A stretch of DNA of 64,000 nucleotides, from NCBI GenBank assembly GCA_963578805.1, contig CAUZDY010000003.1, positions 514-64,513 of the forward strand, in the 5' to 3' direction. The translations under genes were made by a program, and so were the position numbers. Below the pieces are notes generated by a model, which was not told where the DNA came from, searched no databases, and saw only the letters and a list, made by a program, of their open reading frames with translations. Shown in pieces: positions 9,890 to 18,273 of the stretch. Origin of the DNA: Vicinamibacteria bacterium. GTDB lineage: Bacteria > Acidobacteriota > Vicinamibacteria > Vicinamibacterales > UBA8438. Numbering within the stretch: the first letter of the stretch is position 1; every line of letters starts with the position of its first letter.

Positions 9890-11833
9890 CTACGGCAGGC
9901 TTAGTGCCACCCATTCGGGCGGATGCGTGGTCGAACCAATCGGCATCACGATGTATTGCGTTCCGTCGTGTAGATAGGTCATCAATGCGCCGGTCGTGCC
10001 GGCTGGCAACTCGTACTCCCACACGACGGCCCCGGTCGCTTTGTCAAAGGCTCGGAGCTTCTTACTGTCACTGGCTCCGTGCCCTGGCGGGGTCAGAATC
10101 ATGCTCGGATCGCCCTCACTCACGAACAGCAGTGTCTTGGTTACAAGCGTCATGCCGTGACCAGGCTGACCTAATGGCGGTAGATTCAAGTGCCTCAGGT
10201 CTGGATGATCCCGTGGACCGTCGCCGTTTGGCACCATCCATACATGGTCGCCGGTATTCAGATCCATGGCGGTGATCCGGCCATACGGTGGTTTGGTCAA
10301 CGGTAGGCCACGTGGGCCGACGACGGGGCCGCGTGTCCCGCGGTAGGCTTGGGCGGCCGGATCGTCACCGCCTGGGCTCAGGCGAACAAAAAACGCTCCG
10401 GTTCTCGACGGCGCGTACAACATCCCGGTCTCTGGATCGAAGCCGCCACCACCCCAATTGGTGCCACCCACGTGTCCAGGCACCAAGATCGTGCCCTTCA
10501 TATCGCTCGGTGCCTCGCCGCCCAGCGTCGGGGGCGTATAAAGCGGTCCCAGCACATACTGCTTCGCGATTTCAACCGCTTCGGCCCGCAGCTCCGGTGT
10601 GAAATCGATGAGGTCGTCGACGGTAATTCCAACCTGCTCGTAAGGTGCCGGCCTCGTCGGGAACGGCTGCGTCGGAGCCGTCCACTCGCCAGGCACGTCC
10701 GACTCGGGGACCGGCCGTTCCTCGATCGGCCAAACTGGCTCACCGGTCACACGGTCCAGCACAAAGGCCAGGCCCTGTTTGGTGAGCTGCACAAGTGCCT
10801 TGATCGGTCTGCCGTTAACGGTGATGTCCGTCAGAATCGGCGGCGTAGGGTTGTCATAGTCGAAGATATCGTGATGCACCGTCTGAAAGTGCCACACTCG
10901 CTCTCCGGTGTCGGCACGGACGCACACAATACTGCACGAGAAAAGATTGTTGCCAGGACGATGACCGCCATACATGTTATTGGTGGGCGCGCTGGTCGGG
11001 AGATACACCAGACCGAGCTCCTCGTCTGCGCTCATCGTCGACCAGACGTCCGCCTCGCCGGCCGAAATCCCTTTCCACGAATCGCCCAGCCACGTGTCGC
11101 CGCCAAAATCGTCAGGTCCAGGAATCACGCCAAAGCTCCAGCGCAGGCTCCCACTGTTCAGATCATAGCCCCGGACATCTCCAGCGCGTCGCACGGAGGA
11201 GCCGACGACCACGACGTCTCCTACAACCATCGGAGCCGAGCGCCAGCGGTAGCTGTCAGCGGGGTCTGAGGCATCTTCGTAGTACCTCAAGTCAACCTTG
11301 CCCTCATCGCCAAAACTACGAATTAACTTCCCAGTCTTCGCATCGGTCGCAATCAGGTACTGACGGCGCACGGACAAAATACGCTCACCGGTCTCACTGC
11401 GCCAGAACGCGACCCCTCGACTCGCCTCTCCAGCGAGGGTCTCAGCGGTCTCTTCCTCCTCTAGTTCTTGCACCCAGAGCGTCTCGCCAGTCGACGGATC
11501 CATGGCCTCGACAAGACCGATGCCGTTTGACGCGTAGAGCACTCCATTGACCATGATCGGAGTTGACTGAAGTCCTCGTGAAGTCCCCGTGCTCACATCG
11601 GGGTGTTGCGCACGGAATTCGTCGGTCAAAGCCGGACGCCGCCAGGCAATCCGCAGATTCTTGACGGTGTCTTTGTCGATCTGGTCGAGCGGGGAGTATT
11701 TGGTGAAGCCCTTATCACCGCCCGCATTCGGCCACTCGCCGCGCGTGACGCCCTCTTGCGCCCCAAGCGCCGCGCCAGACGAAATTACCGCAAAACAGAC
11801 TAGAAGATGGTAACGTCTCATTCGTCGCATCAT
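9890..11833 (-). CDS. PQQ-dependent dehydrogenase (soluble glucose/sugar dehydrogenase-like beta-propeller), secreted
   Basis: A 647-aa ORF with a signal peptide. GEWPNAGGDKGFTKYSPLDQIDKDTVKNLRIAW... has the same architecture as 23129..25105 and is about half identical to it. Confidence 0.85.
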   Translation of the reverse strand: MMRRMRRYHLLVCFAVISSGAALGAQEGVTRGEWPNAGGDKGFTKYSPLDQIDKDTVKNLRIAWRRPALTDEFRAQHPDVSTGTSRGLQSTPIMVNGVLYASNGIGLVEAMDPSTGETLWVQELEEEETAETLAGEASRGVAFWRSETGERILSVRRQYLIATDAKTGKLIRSFGDEGKVDLRYYEDASDPADSYRWRSAPMVVGDVVVVGSSVRRAGDVRGYDLNSGSLRWSFGVIPGPDDFGGDTWLGDSWKGISAGEADVWSTMSADEELGLVYLPTSAPTNNMYGGHRPGNNLFSCSIVCVRADTGERVWHFQTVHHDIFDYDNPTPPILTDITVNGRPIKALVQLTKQGLAFVLDRVTGEPVWPIEERPVPESDVPGEWTAPTQPFPTRPAPYEQVGITVDDLIDFTPELRAEAVEIAKQYVLGPLYTPPTLGGEAPSDMKGTILVPGHVGGTNWGGGGFDPETGMLYAPSRTGAFFVRLSPGGDDPAAQAYRGTRGPVVGPRGLPLTKPPYGRITAMDLNTGDHVWMVPNGDGPRDHPDLRHLNLPPLGQPGHGMTLVTKTLLFVSEGDPSMILTPPGHGASDSKKLRAFDKATGAVVWEYELPAGTTGALMTYLHDGTQYIVMPIGSTTHPPEWVALSLP

Positions 11834-12279
11834 TACATCATCGCCCCTTCAGATACCGCCTATCCTAAACGAATCACTCGGGACGGGGCCACTTTTCCAC
11901 GTGCTGCCGGTAGCTTCTATTTAACCGAATCGAAAGCCCCATTGCCGGTTTCACGTGAAGGTGTAGCCTCGGTAGCGGATTCCAAGGCAGCTGCTGGATC
12001 GACCGGCTGTGTGCCAGTGTAGCAGGCCGAACCTTGGGACACTGGTCAGCTCAGAAACTGGGTCTCGGGTGGGTACGACGACTGAAGAAGGGAGCGCGTC
12101 CGTCGAAGAAAAACCGCGATGGGACTCGTCAACAAACCGTGCCGAGGGCGGTGTGTCCTAGAAGGCCTGGCAAGAGGCTGAACCGGTCAAGCGTCGTCTG
12201 CCGCTTGATTGAGGCGGCCCCCCTTGAGTCTGCTCACGATGCTGTTGTCATCAGGGTCTAAGCCTATACAACAGTTGCC

Positions 12280-12312
12280 GGAGCGGATGGCCTCTTGATG
12301 ACCATCCGCTCC
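12280..12312 (-). terminator. Perfect 11-bp stem (12 bp if the flanking C12279-G12313 pair is counted) with an 11-nt loop, downstream of the DUF6152 gene
   Basis: ggagcggatgg-cctcttgatga-ccatccgctcc, about 60 nt after the stop at 12372. There is no U-tract, so intrinsic-terminator function is uncertain. Confidence 0.3.
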
Positions 12313-12371
12313 GCACGTGGTGGAAAACCAACGGAGGCGGTAAACAGGAGAACGAAATTTCGATCCGCCGA

Positions 12372-12833
12372 CTACTGACCTGGATCAGCCGTGTCAACAC
12401 CGGGTCGGGCCAGCTCGTATGGTGCGCCAGTGCCCGATGAACCCAGAAACAGCTTGGTTCCATCTTGGAGGGTGATGTCGCGGCCGTTGGCTCGGTTCGT
12501 CCCATCCTTCGCCTGATACCCATCGACCATCACGTCGGTCCCTGGGAGGAGCGAGTCTCTCGTGAAGCCCCTCCGGAACAATACGTTCGGAGTCCCTGCC
12601 TCGAATGCCCACGCCTCGGTTGAGCCATTGTCAAGATTCACATCCATGTGAATCCAAACGTGAGGATTAACCCACTCGACCCTCGTGACAGTTCCGCTAA
12701 ACTCAACCGGCCTATCGGCGTCGAACTCGGCAGCAAACGCATGATGTGCTTCCACTGGCGCGGTCGCCCCCACCAGCCACAGGCCGATCCCGCCCACCGC
12801 TATTACGACCGCAGTTATCTGTCTCGCTCTCAT
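12372..12833 (-). CDS. DUF6152 family protein, secreted
   Basis: The internal ATG at 12831-12833 is preceded by AAGGGAGG. The product is MRARQITAVVIAVGGIGLWLVGATAPVEA|HHAFAAEFDADRPVEFSGTVTRVEWVNPHVWIHMDV...AWAFEAGTPNVLFRRGF... Confidence 0.75.
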   Translation of the reverse strand: MRARQITAVVIAVGGIGLWLVGATAPVEAHHAFAAEFDADRPVEFSGTVTRVEWVNPHVWIHMDVNLDNGSTEAWAFEAGTPNVLFRRGFTRDSLLPGTDVMVDGYQAKDGTNRANGRDITLQDGTKLFLGSSGTGAPYELARPGVDTADPGQ

Positions 12834-12876
12834 GGAAATTCCTCCCTTATTCCTACCATCTAACAGAATTGTTCTT

Positions 12877-12934
12877 ATTATATATGTCTCTCTCAATGTC
12901 TCGGTATATATATCTCTCTCTCTCAATATCTCGG
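12877..12934 (-). repeat. Two tandem imperfect copies of an AT-rich unit of about 29 nt, just upstream of the DUF6152 start (putative promoter/regulatory repeat)
   Basis: In gene orientation the copies read CCGAGATATTGAGAGAGAGAGATATATATA / CCGAGACATTGAGAGAGACATATATAATAA. The second copy contains TATAAT. The region is strikingly AT-rich and low-complexity for this genome. Confidence 0.5.
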
Positions 12935-12958
12935 TCTTTGAGCGCCCAGGCCCTGCTA

Positions 12959-13936
12959 CTACCTTCTATACCAATCGTGGAGTGCATCACCCTCTGGAAT
13001 CTTTCGAGTGATATCGACGATGAGCGTCTCGCCTTCCCAGCGCTTGACTAACTGATTCCGGCGAAGGTGCCCATACATGAACTCCTCTGCGAATTCCATG
13101 CACGGATAGTCCAGCACCGTGGCACCCGGTTCCAGGCGGCGATAGAGCGGCATGGCGATCGACCAGGGCTCGGTAAAGGTGTTCGGATCGGTTAGAGTCA
13201 CCTCATACCAGATCGCATCAGGTGACAACGGCGTAAACCGCTCAGTCAGCTCCAGGGCCTCGCTGTGAAAATTGCCGGCCCGGTCCAACCAGGTCTTGCC
13301 GTTGAAGTAGTCGACAGTGACTACCAAGGTGTTCCCCTCCCATCGCCCGACCGAGTGCCCCATAAAGGTGTAGTCGGGTGGGCCTGTGACGTCGTCCAGA
13401 TGAATCACGCGCGCGGCGTTTGAAAACCCGAATGTCATGTGAATCTTGTTGGTGCTCTGCGCGATCTGGAAGGGATAGGGCATGTACATCGCTCGCGGGA
13501 TACCTGGAAGGTAGCACTTGAGCTCGGGGTCCCGGTCGATCCAGTTTGCGGCGTTCTCTTGTTTGATCTGGAGTGCCTCTGGCGTGTACGGAATCCGACC
13601 AGCGCCCTCAACGACACCGATTGAGCCCGGTACCCCCCCAGCAGCGCCGAGCGCCACCACCGGTGCCGCGGGCACCTTGGCAAACTCGAACGGATAAACA
13701 CCCTGCTGCTCCACCATGCCCGAACGCGCCTCGTGAGCTTCCAGGTCCCAGTGTGCTTCATTGAGGGCCTGCCACACACCGTTGAAGTTCGGGTGTCCGT
13801 CTGGGGTCTCCGCGGAACGGTCCGGCGGCCCCTGGGGTTGGCTGGCCGTCCCAGTCACCGTGGCAGAAATGATCGCACCCGCCGCGGCGGCAGCTAATGC
13901 GGTTAGAACTGTCGATCCCTTAAATACTTTTCCCAT
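12959..13936 (-). CDS. Secreted hypothetical protein (P3), a distant member of the P1/P2 family
   Basis: A 325-aa ORF with a signal peptide. It shares PDGHPNFNGVW (cf. WGHPNLEGIW), GHSVGRWEGNTLVVTV (cf. RGRWEGDTLVIET) and LTERF..LSPDAIWYEVTLTDP..FTEPW (cf. LTERYMRIDGDTLAYEVTIEDS..WTGPW). Confidence 0.8.
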   Translation of the reverse strand: MGKVFKGSTVLTALAAAAAGAIISATVTGTASQPQGPPDRSAETPDGHPNFNGVWQALNEAHWDLEAHEARSGMVEQQGVYPFEFAKVPAAPVVALGAAGGVPGSIGVVEGAGRIPYTPEALQIKQENAANWIDRDPELKCYLPGIPRAMYMPYPFQIAQSTNKIHMTFGFSNAARVIHLDDVTGPPDYTFMGHSVGRWEGNTLVVTVDYFNGKTWLDRAGNFHSEALELTERFTPLSPDAIWYEVTLTDPNTFTEPWSIAMPLYRRLEPGATVLDYPCMEFAEEFMYGHLRRNQLVKRWEGETLIVDITRKIPEGDALHDWYRR

Positions 13937-13992
13937 TATTAGTTTCCTTGCTCCTACCTTTGGCTGCTGGTTCCTTGGTCACGACTGGGTCA

Positions 13993-15150
13993 CTACTGCT
14001 CGTCGACCAGACCAGTGACACATGTAGCAGTGTCCAACGAGAAGGGATCGGGTCCACGACCCTCCATGTATGCCCGCTCATCCAATCGAGCACCGATCAG
14101 CAGCGCCGGCAGGCCATAATTGCCCTCGTGGCACCTCGGTTCATAGTAAATTCGGTTCTCCATATTACTCTGGCGCTTCAACTCCTGGCGAATCGTCCAT
14201 GGACCCGTCCAGACAGTCGAATCTTCAATCGTGACCTCGTATGCGAGAGTGTCTCCATCGATACGCATATACCGTTCGGTAAGCTTGCGGTTTTCACCGG
14301 AATCGCGAAACGTAAACTTGGCGGAGAAGTTTGTGGTCTCTATGACGAGCGTATCGCCCTCCCAGCGTCCACGTGAATCCCCATGCCGAAGGCGTACCTG
14401 ATTTGGTGGGTGGTCTCCACTCAGGTTGACGACACGCTGATACCCCTGTCCCTGTCCAGAATCGTAGCCGATCGCGATCGAATCGTCGCCTTGAACGATC
14501 CGCCGGAAGCCACGAAAATCGGGTGTGATCCCCCGCATGCACCGGTCGCCTAAACTCTGATCCTCAGGACCATCGTGGCGGTTCATACGCGACGTATTAT
14601 AGAAAGGCGCCACATCAAAGCGGCGAGGCGACGGCGGCCCGTAATTTCCACCGCTGCACCCAGGGGCAGCCTCCTCGCAGGTCTCGGTGTTTCGCAAGAG
14701 CATAAGGCGCCAGTCTCTCTTGACGTCGGCCCGTTCCTTCGCCTCCACCGTAAGGGCAGGAATGTTTCCGTTTGGCGGATCGACAACGAGCGAGGTCCAT
14801 GGACCGGCTGGTTTGGCCGATGTATAGACGGCGTTATAGGCCCCGGCCACGTCCCTGGCCGCGAGACCCGAACGCTCGTTGCGCCCTGGATTGATCATCC
14901 GAGCCTGGTCCCGTGCCGCCCGCTCCTCGGGGGTGGCAAGCTCTCGGCCGCCAAGCTCGGAGGCTCGCTCGAACGGCGTATCGTAGACGTCGAGCCAGAT
15001 CCCCTCCAGGTTGGGATCCCCCCACGCGGTCCTCTGCCCCTGCCCATCGACCGACACGGCAGTCAGCTGGAGTAGCGTCAAGATCGTCGCCAGTGTTGTC
15101 GCCACACCGAGCGGCCTCCACAATCGTCGCTTCATCTCAAGAACTCCCAT
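13993..15150 (-). CDS. Secreted hypothetical protein, uncharacterised family (paralog P2 of 4399..5580)
   Basis: A 385-aa ORF, colinear with P1. Well over half of the residues are identical by eye. The start may be the internal MKRRLWRPL. Confidence 0.85.
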   Translation of the reverse strand: MGVLEMKRRLWRPLGVATTLATILTLLQLTAVSVDGQGQRTAWGDPNLEGIWLDVYDTPFERASELGGRELATPEERAARDQARMINPGRNERSGLAARDVAGAYNAVYTSAKPAGPWTSLVVDPPNGNIPALTVEAKERADVKRDWRLMLLRNTETCEEAAPGCSGGNYGPPSPRRFDVAPFYNTSRMNRHDGPEDQSLGDRCMRGITPDFRGFRRIVQGDDSIAIGYDSGQGQGYQRVVNLSGDHPPNQVRLRHGDSRGRWEGDTLVIETTNFSAKFTFRDSGENRKLTERYMRIDGDTLAYEVTIEDSTVWTGPWTIRQELKRQSNMENRIYYEPRCHEGNYGLPALLIGARLDERAYMEGRGPDPFSLDTATCVTGLVDEQ

Positions 15151-15356
15151 TAATCCTTAGTGGCTTATCGTAAAACCGTACGGTTGATACACCTAGATGC
15201 CGAAGCTAGTCAATAGTAATCTGGTCGACAGAGGTTAACGGAGCTCTCGCAGGGTTGAGCATAGTCCGTGTTGAGGCGGTATAAGCGATAGAACCAAGTC
15301 GTCATTGGCGAGCTGAAAAAGGGGAACGCGTCAGCCGCGGGAGACGATTCACCCTG

Positions 15357-16106
15357 CTAAAACCGCTTCGCGTCCGCCGAGGCATAGCTGGCCATCGCTC
15401 GATCGAGCGAGACCGTCGACTCAAGCGCGTCGACGACTTCACTCAGACGCTTGACGGGAATGGCACAGGTCATCTCTTCCGCCTTCATCCCGGTTCGCGA
15501 ACGGCTAAGCGCGCACCCGACGCTAGCGGCCAGTGCCCCCTGCTCTTTGGCGATGGCGATGATATGACATTGTGGCTTTCCTTCGATCTGTAAATCAGGA
15601 AACGTATCCCTCAAGATCATCAGCGACAAAGCGTTGATTCGTAACAGGACTACGTCAGGATCGGACTGACTGTCGGCCAACGGGCCATACACGACCGTGC
15701 CTGGTCTAGCGGTCACCACCGGCAACGCCTTCACCTCGGCCTCGTCGACCCATCCGGACTCCAACACGACTCCAACATCGTCTTTCGTCACAGCCTCCTC
15801 AAGCGTTAGAAACCCATGGGTGAGACTCCCGACCGAACAGTTGGCATGGTCGGCAGCGGTGGTAGCAAACGATTCACTCGCGCTTCGAATCCAGAACACG
15901 CACCCAGCCGGAACCTGTCCCGTGCGTCCGCTCTCATTGGGCTCCGGAAAATTGTCATCAAGCCTGGCCACAGGTACAGTCTGACCCTCTGCCAGAAATG
16001 AAATGGCTATTGGGGGCGCATATGGCTTCAGCGTCGCCACCAACCGGTCGTTGAGCGACCGCCAGTCTGGCTGCCCGGCACTCGTTCCGCTCTTGCCGTC
16101 CTGCAT
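15357..16106 (-). CDS. DUF169 domain-containing protein
   Basis: LKPYAPPIAISFLAEG...PAGCVFWIRSASESFATTAADHANCSVGSLTHGF is typical of DUF169. I placed the start at the internal ATG 16104-16106. Confidence 0.75.
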   Translation of the reverse strand: MQDGKSGTSAGQPDWRSLNDRLVATLKPYAPPIAISFLAEGQTVPVARLDDNFPEPNESGRTGQVPAGCVFWIRSASESFATTAADHANCSVGSLTHGFLTLEEAVTKDDVGVVLESGWVDEAEVKALPVVTARPGTVVYGPLADSQSDPDVVLLRINALSLMILRDTFPDLQIEGKPQCHIIAIAKEQGALAASVGCALSRSRTGMKAEEMTCAIPVKRLSEVVDALESTVSLDRAMASYASADAKRF

Positions 16107-16558
16107 GGTCTTTTTGCTCCTGTTCCCTCGTATCTCGTGACTACCTAATCGCAGCACGTCGATTACGAATTTAAACAAATCGTGCGCGCCTCGCCACTCC
16201 GAGACTGCCGGGCGGTCCCCCACTATACAGAAGGCAAAAGAAGCAAGGGTAAGCGAGAGACTACCGTGTCGGTTACGGCTGCGGTGGCGGAAGCGTGAGT
16301 AAGTATTGCCGATTACGAAGATCTCGACTCAGACGTTCGTGACACAGGTGCCATTCCTTAACACGTTTTGGCGAGAGAACGACCCTTCGGCGACGACTGC
16401 TCACGCACCTCGGCGTCGGTGAAGAACCCAGAGCCTAGTTGCTTCTGGCATTGAATCAGGAGTGCTGTCCCTAAAATAGGCCGCCGATTCGTAGACACGG
16501 CCTGGCGCTCCATCCTGCCTCCAAAGACGGAAAAAGTGAGCCAGGCATGAGGCCGGCG

Positions 16559-16801
16559 CTAGTTTTCTAGGGCACTTCCTGGGATTAAACTTGGCATCCA
16601 CTGTCGAGCGTTACGAAAACGCTCCTCGATGTCGACCTCTGACAAACCGAGGTCTTTCAGTTGCAGCCGAAGCTCCCATTCTGAACGTGCCAGACTTGGT
16701 TCTAGTCCGGCCTCGATCAGAGATGCATCTCGCGCAGAGAGCGCGAACCACTCCCGCTCGGCCGTCTTCACACCCACCACAAGAAAGCGATCACTGGTCA
16801 T
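16559..16801 (-). CDS. Hypothetical small protein (80 aa)
   Basis: An ORF with a plausible GC3 bias. I recognised no motif. Confidence 0.4.
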   Translation of the reverse strand: MTSDRFLVVGVKTAEREWFALSARDASLIEAGLEPSLARSEWELRLQLKDLGLSEVDIEERFRNARQWMPSLIPGSALEN

Positions 16802-16957
16802 CTAGTCACCTCGATCATTGAAACGACGCAGGCTCGTCAACACTGCTATTGCAAGAGTCACGACCCGTCGCTGGGAGGATCGGGTGAGGAGGCCGCGGGG
16901 AACGACCGGGAGGGCGATGCTGTAACCACCGGAGTGTAGAACGAGATCGACGCCAGG

Positions 16958-17161
16958 TCAATCGTCGCCAGAACGAGCGCCGACTGTGATGTCGTGACCA
17001 TCATTGCCTTCGAGACTAGCTGCAACAGTCACAGTGAGCGTGATCGGCTGACAGCACACCTGGCAGTCTTCGATATATTCCTGCCGACGCACGGAACAAT
17101 CGATGGAAACCTCGAGCGTCTCTCCGCAGTACGGGCAGCGAATCTGCTCGGTCTCCATCAT
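16958..17161 (-). CDS. CPXCG motif-containing cysteine-rich protein
   Basis: MMETEQIRCPYCGETLEVSIDCSVRRQEYIEDCQVCCQPITLTV matches the CPxCG...C.VCC family. I placed the start at the internal ATG 17159-17161 of the ORF 16958..17209. Confidence 0.7.
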   Translation of the reverse strand: MMETEQIRCPYCGETLEVSIDCSVRRQEYIEDCQVCCQPITLTVTVAASLEGNDGHDITVGARSGDD

Positions 17162-17417
17162 GTCTGCCAATGGTGACAAACGGCTAACCCTGGTCATGAT
17201 CGACGTCATAGACGGTCACCTTGAGTGTCACCAGTCGGTCAATGGGAATCCAGCGTAAGAAAAAGAGCGGCCATGCCACCTTAGTTGATGCATTAGAGCA
17301 CCCAGTAGCAGCCCATGGCTGAGGGCAGTGGCTGCATAGCAAACGGCGATGACTTTCGGATTGCTGCTTCTGTGCGATGCTCTAAATAGACACCTTACAA
17401 GTCGATCGGATCCAAAA

Positions 17418-17864
17418 TCAGTGAGAAGAGAACCGAGTCAACCTACCGTCCTCATCGAACGCGATTACATCGTATGGCTGAGAATTTGGTCCCTCCATCC
17501 CCGGCGACCCGAGTGGCATACCCGGCACCGCGATCCCTTTGATCGGCGGACGATCCGCGAGGAGACGCTTGACATCTTCCGCCGGCACGTGCCCTTCGAC
17601 GACGTACCCCTCAACCATCGCCGTATGACACGATGTCACCCGTTCCGGGATCCCGACCATTTCCTTGACCCGGTTAATGTTCGGCACGTCCTTGGTCTTG
17701 ACCGTAAATCCGTGCTCTTCAAGATGTGCGACCCACATCGAGCAACAGCCTCACGTCGGGGACTTATAGACCTCAACGACCGGCTCCTCCTGTCCAGGCG
17801 CCGCTCCGATCACGATCCCCGTGACGACCAGGTAGCACGACAGCATCAGAATAACTAACCGCAT
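17418..17864 (-). CDS. copG: DUF411/CopG-family periplasmic copper-binding protein with an in-frame TGA (17751-17753) at the first Cys of the CxCC motif; candidate selenoprotein, otherwise a pseudogene
   Basis: My translation from ATG 17862-17864 gives MRLVILMLSCYLVVTGIVIGAAPGQEEPVVEVYKSPT[TGA]GCCSMWVAHLEEHGFTV...SCHTAMVEGYVVEGHVPAEDVKRLL...GIAVPGMPLGSPGME... The frame is the same before and after the TGA. All DUF411 hallmarks are present. Confidence 0.6.
17713..17744 (-). promoter_or_regulatory. SECIS-like hairpin directly downstream of the in-frame UGA of the DUF411 gene
   Basis: The mRNA reads UGA-GGCUGU-[UGCUC][GAUGUG]GGUCG[CACAUC]UUGAA[GAGCA]. It has a 5-bp lower stem, a 5-nt 3' bulge, a 6-bp upper stem and a GGUCG apical loop. 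The G-U of the loop sits 22-23 nt from the U of UGA; in the E. coli fdhF SECIS the GGUC loop is at 22-25. Confidence 0.5.
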
Positions 17865-17953
17865 AGACAAGCCCCCATTGTGGTTGGATTATTGATCGAA
17901 TGCCACCAGGGTTCACAAGGGTCTCCCCACGCCACCCCATCACACATCATAAC

Positions 17954-18223
17954 TTAACGGTCGCCGCGCTTAGAACCAGCGAACTGCCGGTGGTGCCCCT
18001 GGGATTGCGCCATCCCGGCCGGTCCCTTACTGCCCTTACCCACCCCTGATGACGCATCGTCGATGATCTCGACGTCACCGGCCTCCACCATACCCTGCAC
18101 CGACTCCCGTTCGGCATCGTGCGTGGCAATCTGACCTTCCTTGGAGGGTCCCAAACGCAGCACCCGCCCTTGCGAAAGCTTAACCCTTAATGGCCGCCGC
18201 GTCTTATTGAGAATAATCTTCAT
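17954..18223 (-). CDS. Hypothetical small protein (89 aa)
   Basis: ORF only; MKIILNKTRRPLRVKLSQGRVLRLGP... I recognised no family. Confidence 0.4.
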   Translation of the reverse strand: MKIILNKTRRPLRVKLSQGRVLRLGPSKEGQIATHDAERESVQGMVEAGDVEIIDDASSGVGKGSKGPAGMAQSQGHHRQFAGSKRGDR

Positions 18224-18273
18224 GACATCACGCCAAACCCCACGACACGAACGAAGTGTCCTTATACATTCCG

